Source of the DNA: Octopus bimaculoides
Lineage: Eukaryota
Length of the DNA: 64,000 nucleotides
Assembly: GCF_001194135.2 (NCBI RefSeq)
Contig: NC_068981.1
Location: 70,352,618-70,416,617, forward strand
Direction: 5' to 3'
The notes beneath the pieces were generated by a model. It was not told the origin of the DNA and did no database searches. It saw only the letters and a program-made list of their open reading frames with translations. Positions 12,908 to 23,014 of this stretch are shown piece after piece. Position 1 is the first letter of the stretch; the number at the start of each line of letters is the position of its first letter. The translations under genes were made by a program, and so were the position numbers.

Positions 12908-15814
12908 CTCTCGTATATATAGTCTAACGTCTCATCACCATCTATTGGTCTAACTGCTTTGCCTATTCTACACCCGCTTATCTCATCAATTCATAATGCC
13001 ATGACAGCTTTAATTTGGAGAAAAGTCCTTCAAGTTTGCATATTGAATATCTCCATTCTCTATAACTCCAACACCTGCTACCCCTTCCTCCTTTTATCTC
13101 CCAAATTATGATGCGTAAGTGGGAAGAGATTGTACTGTGGCAAAATCTACCTACCTTTTCTGATTCTCCTGTGACGTTGTTCTCTTGAACACCTTCTCAT
13201 CAGGATGTACCCTGCACTCTCATAACCATCTTATCTATCTTTTCTCCTCACGTCTCTCGCCGCTCATATTTAACGGTGATGCAACTCTGCAACTCTTTCT
13301 GCCTAACCGCCTCACCTTAGCTTCTCACCATTCTCTCTCACTCACCATTCTCTCTCACTCACTACTCTCACTCACTACTCTCGTTCACTAAACCTCTGGT
13401 TACCTCAACCCAATTTTCCCATCATCTGCGATTTTCTACTGTCATCCTTTGTTTTCTTAACATACCACTATAACCACTCCTCTACATCGCTGCACTGACA
13501 TATCATTCTGTAAGTTACAATCGCATTCATACTACTTTATTTCTGCTTTTCGATACTAATAGTGCCATGGTTCTTTCTTTCTCTCTCTGTCTCCCTCTCT
13601 CTCTTTCTTTCTTTTCCTCTCTCTCTCTCTCACTCACTCCCCCACTCCCTTACTCACCAATACACATGTAGCAACACTAAAAAGAGCATCTTGAACACTT
13701 ACGAACTGTCTGAACCATACTGTCATAGCAGATGATCTCCACCATCGTATCACTGGGTCCACGTGATCAAAATTTTTTGTTCCCTTTCTCCACCACATTA
13801 ATTCCTGGCATTATTCTTCTCTTCCCCTTTCTCTATTTCCATTACTCGCGCTCTACCTTCTTTACTTAGATATTCCACTCAAAATACATCTGTTCATTTC
13901 ATGCAGGCTGTCTAGCGAGCCTCAACGGTACTAGTAGTACTATATTTTGACAGAATACTTAAACACAGAGAAAACCTAAAACATTATTTGCTGCGTTTAG
14001 TTGAGAAGAAGTGACCGACAGCACCTTGAAAATGCTTTGGGTTTGAAGTAAATGCATTTGAAGTATTGAAGATTTAGTTCTTGTTCCTCTGTCACACGCT
14101 CCAACTGTTCCCAGACACATTTGAACGAATACAAGCCAAGTCATTCAACACAATTTCGTTTCACCAAGCCAAGGTATTTCAGCATATAAGCTATTAGCAG
14201 AAATTGAAATCAAATTTTAATGAAAGACATTTTTGTTTTTTTCTTTTTCTTTCTTTTTTTCTTGGCAATGATCTGCAATATTAACTAGCTTATCCATGAA
14301 CTATGTGAGAAACGCGTAACAAATTTCATTGTTGTCTCTGAAAGAACCATAAAGAAAATAAGCAGCAATTATTACTTCTCTGAAAACAACTTTCATAAGG
14401 ATTCGCCGAAACTTACAATTACAAGAGACATATATGTTGGAGAATAATGTGATTCAGTCGAAGGCCAGTAACGAACAGGATATTAATAGGTATGAATTAG
14501 ATGAAATGTGTGGGAGACTAAGGGTAATTTTCAATACTCGTGAGACATGTAAAAATCCACAATGTAGAACGTTGTCCTAAGCGATGGTAAATTTTAGGCA
14601 CCTTTCACAAACATGAGTGCTTGTATTTGCTCTATTCCAAGCATCATCCTGTGATGAACTTGGTATGGAGAAATGAAAACAAGCATCTACAAGTGGACAC
14701 CGTCGAACCAAAGATTCAAATATTTAACAGTTTCTCTGAAAATTGCCCAGCTTTGTACGAATCACACGTGGCCAATAGAAAACTCTTGGAGATGACAAGT
14801 AAGGATTTTGCAAATCAATTACATCGCGTGAAAAGAAGACATTTATTTCAGGAGAATTAAAATTAATATAAAATTTAACATTTAGGATCTTTCATACAGT
14901 GTGTATAGAATGCATATTGACTGTCATATCGATGTTGCTTTAGAGAGTAAATTGAGAAATGCTAGTTTGATGTTAAATATACGCAGTAATAAGTCTGTTT
15001 ACACCTTCAGAGGAAGGAAAAAGAAAAACTCACGTTCCATCTATGAGAAACTAACGGATTTGACTATGGCGGCATTTATTAGATAAAATAGAGGGAGATA
15101 GCCTACTTCCCGTGAAGACAGTCGAGGAAGTAAAGGATGATATATTTGAAAAAAATAAAATAAAATGAGTACAAATAAAACCAACGCAGAGTAACAACTA
15201 TTAGGACACGATAAAAAAAACAAAAACGCAATACAATTAAAGACATAGATACACGGTACAGCTTTTGATAATGTTGCACAAAACTGTATGAAATATTAAA
15301 ATTTCAAACACAAAAGCCGGAAAAATATTCATAAACGCAAATATGAACTGAAAAAGCAGAAATTTAACTTACTGCAACAAATGCCCGAATTGTGAAGAAG
15401 TATATTTGGGTCACACTGGAAATACACTATCAGAACACTCACGTGTTTACCGACGGCAAATTAGAGATCCAGTTGTCCGTTAGATACATTTGAATAACCA
15501 TATAGCAACATGTGGTCGGAAAATGTTTATATTTCCATTCTACAAACTATACGATCTAAGTGAAATTGAGAGAAAAAAAAATTATTAATAAATTCGAACC
15601 CAAGCTAAATAAATAATAATACTAATACTTAGAGGTAGTATTTCTACTGCTACGACCACTACAACTAACAACAACAACAACAACACTAAAGGTGCTCATG
15701 ATGACGATAGCAAGAAAATACTAGCAATGTCAAGCAGTAATTGTTTTCACCTCAATAGACGTCAGTGATTGGTTGAAATTACCGAAATACGACAATTTTT
15801 TTACATGAAATAAA

Positions 15815-16098
15815 TGTGGTGTTATGGGCTGTGATGAGCTGTGTGTTGTTGGTGGAGAAGGATGAGGCAAACAGAAGTGAAGCCAGACCGGAAGGGCCAG
15901 ACCGGAAGGGTCAGACTGGAAGTCGGGCCACACGCGGTCGAAGGCTAGCACGTGCGTCAGTTAGAAAACAGAGAGGTTACGAGAAAGACGTGTTTTGATC
16001 AGGAGCGATTGTGTACTCCACTGCGGTCGACAAGGTAAGGTCCAACGTTTCATTCTGTCCTTTTGCTTCTTGTTGTCTTTTTCCTCCATCACACCACA
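15815..16098 (+). repeat. 5' LTR (284 bp)
   Basis: TGTGGTGT...ACACCACA; 3 substitutions versus 19577-19860. Confidence 0.97.
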
Positions 16099-16110
16099 AG
16101 CTATTTCGGC
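16099..16110 (+). promoter_or_regulatory. Primer-binding site AGCTATTTCGGC, complementary to tRNA-Phe(GAA) nt 1-12
   Basis: It immediately follows the LTR CA. Its reverse complement GCCGAAATAGCT is the 5' end of animal cytosolic tRNA-Phe as I recall it (GCCGAAAUAGCUCAG...). Confidence 0.8.
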
Positions 16111-16139
16111 CCATAAGAAAAAAACAATTNNNNNNNNNN

Positions 16140-16774
16140 ATGAAGCTGGTCGCGAAGCTCCAAGGGATAGGCGACTTGGCAAGCTTTCTACCACTGTACT
16201 TGGATGGTCCGGCGTTGGCGCTATTTTTAGAGAGGGAAGAGAGGGACTGAGTTAGCGCGGAGAAAATAGAAATCCGCTTGATGGAGGCCTTCGCAGAAGG
16301 AATGTTTGAGGCGTACGCTCGCCTGGGGAGAGCGAAGTGGACTGGCGAACAGGTCGACGAGGGAGAATCGCTGGATCGAACAGTAAAGTTGGCGTTTGTG
16401 ACTGGTTTTCTTGACCACATGTCGGTCGAATTGCAGAAACTGCCGGAGGTGAACGCCATGCCCATGGCAGATATAATAACGAGGGCTCGCATGTTAGTTT
16501 AGTGTTGTAGATCGACTCCGTTGGCAGCAACAGCAACAGCAAAAGGTGGCCGACCAAGGAGTATCGGAGAGCGTCGAACAAGGAACGTGTGCGACCGTTC
16601 AAAGGACAGTGTTTCCGGAGTCAGGGCCCGCACATGGTGCGAGACTGCAAGTTACCCAAGCCTGAGGTCATTTGCTACCGTTGTCGAGAAACGGGACATA
16701 TAGCCAGCGAATGTCTGCAGGGAAACGGTCTAAGGGAGACTACTACGCCAGTGGTCATCCCTTCGGATCAATAA
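16140..16774 (+). pseudogene. gag: gag with two zinc knuckles; disrupted
   Basis: KLVAKLQ..LASFLPLYLDG..LMEAFAEG..KWTGEQVD..KLAFVTGF. Knuckles are CFRSQGPHMVRDC (degenerate) and CYRCRETGHIASEC. In-frame stops lie at 16248-50 and 16500-02, with a frame change near 16560-16590. The start is hidden by the gap at 16130-16139. Confidence 0.85.
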
Positions 16775-16779
16775 AGGCG
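16720..16779 (+). promoter_or_regulatory. -1 programmed ribosomal frameshift signal (G GGA AAC plus predicted pseudoknot)
   Basis: The heptamer is in X XXY YYZ register with gag codons (CAG GGA AAC), and pol is in the -1 frame. A 12-bp stem starts 5 nt downstream. Confidence 0.75.
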
Positions 16780-19496
16780 CATTTTGTTCTACCCGTTGTT
16801 GATGTGCTGGTGAATGGGAAGATGTCGCGTGCCCTCGTTGACATAGGCTGTACAACGACCCTGATGACTCCGGGAGTGGTAGAGACGTGGAGTGGAGAAA
16901 GCAGTGTGAGGGCAGTCGACAGAAGAGAGGTACGCTGTGAAGGCATTACTGACGTGCAGATTAAGGTGCAGGGAGCAAAGCTGACGCTGCAAGCAATTGT
17001 AGTTGGCCACTTGGTGGATGAGATTGACGTGGTGATGGGAATGGATGCAATCACCCGTTTAGGAGGTGTCACTGTCAACGAGGCCGGTGTGACTTTCGGG
17101 GTCGCGGGGAAACCGTGTATGGCGACGCCGTGCATTGGTGAGAACCGCGAAGAAATCTATGCCGCGCACACCATTGAAGACCAGGATTTTCGTGCCGCCT
17201 TCGATGGCCAGAGGTGGACAGTGGAGTGGCACTGGAGGGGNNNNNNNNNNNNNNNNNNNNNNNNNNNNNNNNNNNNNNNNNNNNNNNNNNNNNNNNNNNN
17301 NNNNNNNNNNNNNNNNNNNNNNNNNNNNNNNNNNNNNNNNNNNNNNNNNNNNNNNNNNNNNNNNNNNNNNNNNNNNNNNNNNNNNNNNNNNNNNNNNNNN
17401 NNNNNNNNNNNNNNNNNNNNNNNNNNNNNNNNNNNNNNNNNNNNNNNNNNNNNNNNNNNNNNNNNNNNNNNNNNNNNNNNNNNNNNNNNNNNNNNNNNNN
17501 NNNNNNNNNNNNNNNNNNNNNNNNNNNNNNNNATACCTGCAGGTGCATGTGGCTGAGAGACTGTGGAAGCATCAGCTTGTCAGGTATAAGGGCCGGACAT
17601 ACTGTTTGACCAGGCTGGGGTTTGGGCTAAATTCAGCGCCAAAAATTATGGCAACAATTCTCAAGGCCATCCTGGGAAAGGTGGACAGAGTAAAGAGGGC
17701 CACCAATTCGTACATCGATGACATCCTTGTGGACGAAACCATAATGCCAGCAACGGAGGTCATAGGCCACCTGAAGAAGTTCGGACTCGTCGCCAAGCCA
17801 CCAGAGGCCATGGAGGGAGGCGCTGCACTGGGCCTCAAGTTACGGAGAAACAAGGCCGGTGCGTTGGTGTTTCGGCGTGGGAACGAGATCCCTGAACTGG
17901 GCACCAGTGTGAGTAGACGGGAACTGTTCTCGGTGTGCGGGAAGCTGGTGGGACACTACCCGGTTTCAGGATGGCTCCGGACAGCATGTAGCTTCATCAA
18001 GAGACGAACCGAAGGAGCAAAGTGGAATGACAGAGTTGGGGAGAAAACGATCGACATGATGCAGGAAGTCTTGGTCAGAGTGAGAGCAGAGGATCCAGTG
18101 AGGGGCAGTTGGTATGTTCCCAAATTAAAGAGTGGGATCGTTTGGTGTGACGCCAGTAGCATCGCTATAGGGGTTGTCTTGGAAATGGGAGGCACCGTGG
18201 TGGAAGACGCAGCCTGGCTCAGGAAGATGGATGACTGCAACCATATCAATGTGGCGGAGTTGGATGCCGTGCTGAAGGAGGTGAACCTGGCCTTGAAGTG
18301 GGGGCTGTGCACCATCGAAATTAGAACCGATTCGGCCACTGCGCTTGGTTGGGTGACGGCAGTCATCACCAATGAGCGGAGGGTGCGAACCAAAGGGGCT
18401 GCGGAGATGCTGGTAAAGCGCCGATTGGGAATATTGCGGGAGCTAACCGCTGAGTTCGATCTNNNNNNNNNNNNNNNNNNNNNNNNNNNNNNNNNNNNNN
18501 NNNNNNNNNNNNNNNNNNNNNNNNNNNNNNNNNNNNNNNNNNNNNNNNNNNNNNNNNNNNNNNNNNNNNNNNNNNNNNNNNNNNNNNNNNNNNNNNNNNN
18601 NNNNNNNNNNNNNNNNNNNNNNNNNNNNNNNNNNNNNNNNNNNNNNNNNNNNNNNNNNNNNNNNNNNNNNNNNNNNNNNNNNNNNNNNNNNNNNNNNNNN
18701 NNNNNNNNNNNNNNNNNNNNNNNNNNNNNNNNNNNNNNNNNNNNNNNNNNNNNNNNNNNNNNNNNNNNNNNNNNNNNNNNNNNNNNNNNNNNNNNNNNNN
18801 NNNNNNNNNNNNNNNNNNNNNNNNNNNNNNNNNNNNNNNNNNNNNNNNNNNNNNNNNNNNNNNNNNNNNNNNNNNNNNNNNNNNNNNNNNNNNNNNNNNN
18901 NNNNNNNNNNNNNNNNNNNNNNNNNNNNNNNNNNNNNNNNNNNNNNNNNNNNNNNNNNNNNNNNNNNNNNNNNNNNNNNNNNNNNNNNNNNNCGTACCAT
19001 CAAGACTATGGCAGAGAGGGGCCACATTTCGCCAATCGAGGCCGTTTTTTGGTATAATATGTCACCCCGGTCAGGACAGGCTGAGGAGTCGGTGCCACAC
19101 AGGGCAATATTCAGGTACGAGTGGAGGCACCCGTGTATTGCATCAATGCAACTCCGGCGAGAAGAGCACACCCTCGTGCAGATCGGGGAAGAAGTATGGG
19201 TAAAATCCCCAAATGCACGGTGCACATCACAATGGAGGAAAGGAACTATAACCTCCATCAATTCAAAGAACAACGTCTCGGTCGATGGTATGCCACGCCG
19301 TGTTTTGAATGTGCGGAAGATTGTCGGTGCTTCAGAGGATGGAACCAGCTGCAGTGGGCAGGATGATGAAGACAGCAGCAGTAGGCAAGATGATGAAGGC
19401 AGCGCGCCAGGAACTCAGGCCAGTCCCGGGGTTGCACAGCGACCACAGAGGGAGCGGCACCCTCCTCCCTGGTTGGCTGATTATGAAACCAATTAA
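16720..19496 (+). pseudogene. pol: pol: aspartic protease, RT, RNase H, integrase (two assembly gaps)
   Basis: Protease ALVDIGCTTTL (DTG changed to DIG). RT YCLTRLGFGLNSAP...SYIDDI. RNase H WCDAS...HINVAEL...TDSAT. Integrase tail RTIKTMA..YNMSP, SH3/GPY-F-like IGEEVWVK..WRKG, and terminal RPQRERHPPPWLADY. Gaps at 17241-17532 and 18463-18992 prevent judging frame continuity. Confidence 0.92.
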
Positions 19497-19567
19497 GGTA
19501 GTTCGGGAGCGAGGACTGAGTGGGAGAGAGGACTGAGTGGGAGAGCCGGTTGAATGATCTATAGATC

Positions 19568-19576
19568 AGGGGGGCG
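19568..19576 (+). promoter_or_regulatory. Polypurine tract AGGGGGGCG
   Basis: G-rich run directly upstream of the 3' LTR TG. Confidence 0.75.
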
Positions 19577-19860
19577 TGTGGTGTTATGGGCTGTGATGAG
19601 CTGTGTGTTTTTGGTGGAGAGGGATGAGGCAAACAGAAGTGAAGCCAGACCGGAAGGGCCAGACCGGAAGGGTCAGACTGGAAGTCGGGCCACACGTGGT
19701 CGAAGGCTAGCACGTGCGTCAGTTAGAAAACAGAGAGGTTACGAGAAAGACGTGTTTTGATCAGGAGCGATTGTGTACTCCACTGCGGTCGACAAGGTAA
19801 GGTCCAACGTTTCATTCTGTCCTTTTGCTTCTTGTTGTCTTTTTCCTCCATCACACCACA
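19577..19860 (+). repeat. 3' LTR (284 bp)
   Basis: Direct repeat of 15815-16098, 281/284 identical. Confidence 0.97.
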
Positions 19861-20572
19861 ATAACTTCGAATACAAAATTTTTTATATGTTCTATAACAT
19901 AAAATATACAAGTATACGAAGCTTGAAAGTGTTTCGGTACCAAAAACACTACATAAAACATAAATGAAAAGTGGTGCCCGTCAATTCAGAAGGACCCGAA
20001 AAGTTAGTAAAAACAATCTTAATTTGGGGGTTTAAAGTTATATTACCACAGCTACTCATACCACCACCACCACCGCTAACAACAATAACAATAATAAAGG
20101 AGGTGATAATTGTGATGATGACAATTGAAATATAAAAATTCCTGGGAAATGTTGTTTACAACATTTCTAAAAATAACCCAACAATTGCTACTTTGGCCAG
20201 GGTCAAAATACAGGTCTCTTGAAATGTTCAACGAACCGTGACGCCCAAACCAAACACCAGTCAACCTAAGTAATTCTGATTGGTCAGACTACAGTTTGCA
20301 AAAATTAACATTGTGGAGCCAATACCTATACAAATGTATTTAAGGCACACAGTTTAGCTATCTCACTACAGTTGTAAATTGTAAAACAAAACTGTCACCA
20401 CTACTACATGAACCCGAAGATTTCATAGTTTAATTCATGAAAGTAATAGTTTAATATCGGAATGGATATTTGATATTCTATCAATTCATTTTATTATCTT
20501 ATATTATATTATTATAAGACTAAATAAAACGTGACAATCAAAGTTGGAATTTCTTTGAATAATATATATATA

Positions 20573-20612
<40 letters not shown>

Positions 20613-22943
20613 CGCACGTATATAGCGATGTATAAGGTGTTTTTATGAGTGTGAATGTTTGATATGATCCAACAGTATATATACAACGTGTATACACGCA
20701 AGCGGGTATGTATGTCTTTAATATTATTGTTTTTCATCTGTCCTTTATAATGTTTATTGCATGTTCATTTCATTCATACTTTTTATTTTACTGTTATTTT
20801 TATTATTTATCATCCTTGTCATCACGGCAAGTAGGCTAACTCATTAAGTAACCCCGTCTATTTTATCAAGTAAATGGTGCCACCGGCTAATCCTTTAGCT
20901 TCCTACGACTGGTATGTGATTCTTCCTCCATTCTCTAAAGGAGTGGACAGATTTATTACCATGTATATTTAACATCAAAATAGCATTCTCCAATTCATTC
21001 TCTGAACTGGTACCGAGATGAGAGAGTCAATGTGTATTCTATACGCTTTGTGTGAAATATCCTAACCGTTAAATTTTATTTTAATTTAAATTCACCTGAA
21101 GAAAGTTTTTTTTTAACATGATGTAAAAGCGCGGTAATAGAGGATGATAAATAATAAAAATAACGGTAAAATAAAAAGTATGAATGAAATTAACATACAA
21201 TAATTATCAATAAAAGACACGTCTGAAGCAGCTGTTGTGGCTTCAGCCCATTTGTGCTATATTACATCACAAAGGAACCGTTGTATTGTCAACCTGTAGT
21301 GTGCCGCGGACTGCATCCGAAGTATACGCTTGGGAGATCATACGTATACGTTAAGTGTATTTGGTCTGTGCTTGCAAATGTATGCTTAACCGGAAGGACA
21401 AGTCCGTATATATTTTTGTAAGTACGTGGGTGTCCGTAAACACTGTTGGTATGCGGGTATGCTGTCCTCGACTCTACTTTAGTATCTTTGTGATTTGTTA
21501 TTAACATTCATCGATTCTATTGGATTCTGCATATAATTATATGAATGCGTGTGTGTGTGTATGTTTTTTTGCATATGTATATGTTTGTTTGAGTGTATGT
21601 GTGTGTGCGCCCCGCACAAAGGACAAATCCTCCCAAAATTTATCATTTATTGTGGATAAAAGTAAATATTTTCTACTATTCATTGGACAATTCTGAAACT
21701 GTATCTGCAAAATGAAATCATTCTTTCAGTAGACAATAATCGATGTTGATCATCAGAAACATTTATTGGCACTACACTGATACATTATATTCAATGAACT
21801 TTAAAAAGGCATGGGTAAATTTGATGTTAATTGCAAATTATATACATTAGAGTTATGTTGATTACCATTGATAATAAATATATGTATTTATTTTATTAAT
21901 GCGGGAAAATGTTTCAAGTAAACATTTATAAATTGCATCAATAACAAATGACAAAATGAATAAACTATTTACTTTAAAAATAAATGGAGAAAAAACATCT
22001 TGTAACTAATGAGCGACATGTGCCTCTTTTGGAAATACCTCATTTATGCTCATAATAAGAAAATATTTTTCTCTGAAATATCTTATAGCCACTGGGATTT
22101 CTGTACTTCATCATTTTCTTCCTATGAGTGAACCAGTAGAGCACCAGTGACGTGCTATAATCTTATTTCGTATAGATTTATTAGTCTCAAAGCTGGGTTG
22201 TTTATGCTTTTTACAGTATCCGTGTGCTTTGTCGTATTGGCCTTTCTACCAAAGAACGCATACATTTATAATATTGTGACCATCTGAGGTAAACATGATA
22301 CTTTAAATTTTTCAATACAATATTTTAAGAAATTCACTGTTAATCTTCAGCCTGATTTTGCATATGATTTTATAGCAATCTACAACATGCAAGAAGTTTC
22401 TAGTTACTTTTTTTTTATCAAATTTCAGCGTGTTATATTTTGAGAACAGAATATGCGCAAGTAGTGTTGCCTGGTTAAAAACTCAGTGATATTATATCTG
22501 TAAAAAATTTTTAAAGCATAATCTTATAATTTATACACATTGTATGTTGTTACTGATTATAAAAGCAAATATATTATGCTTGCGTGCAGGTTCGTTTACA
22601 TATGAAGATGTATGATGTATCATTACTTAACATTTCCATTGTTAAAACGTGAAATTCCATGTCTTAATATAACCTGACTGTATAATTAAACATTGGAACT
22701 CTCATCTCATTTATGCTCTGTATTTTCTGACGCAAAATATTTTAGAGTCGTTGCGTTTGAAATATTGAAATACATAAAATGATATTTCTTCCGAAGAAAC
22801 TTAAATGAATAAATTCTCTCTTATCGTCATTTTTGCAAATTTGGGGTCTGTACCAAAACGATGCTTTCATACAGACACATACACACACGCACACACACAA
22901 ACACGAACATACACACACACACAGACATATACACACATATGTA

Positions 22944-23014
<71 letters not shown>

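Larger units (their letters stand above)
15815..19860 (+). mobile_element. Full-length LTR retrotransposon (Gypsy-type domain order PR-RT-RH-IN), defective copy
   Basis: Two 284-bp LTRs with TG...CA ends and an 8-bp terminal inverted repeat. The 5-bp flanks ATAAA/ATAAC are a TSD with one mismatch. gag and pol motifs are present, with a PPT before the 3' LTR. Confidence 0.97.

Noticed and set aside
13050-13860. Pyrimidine-rich stretch with faint RT-like words (EHLEHL, FLHHINS)
   Set aside because: Possibly a very old retroelement, but no motif is clear enough to assign.
17135-19496. Apparent frame changes within pol
   Set aside because: Each coincides with an N-gap of estimated length, so it is not evidence of frameshifts.
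21289-21507. Minus-strand ORF with PVKHTFA and YFGCS, vaguely like a Helitron helicase C-terminus
   Set aside because: The key QGQ and HGQLYV residues are absent; chance similarity is likely.
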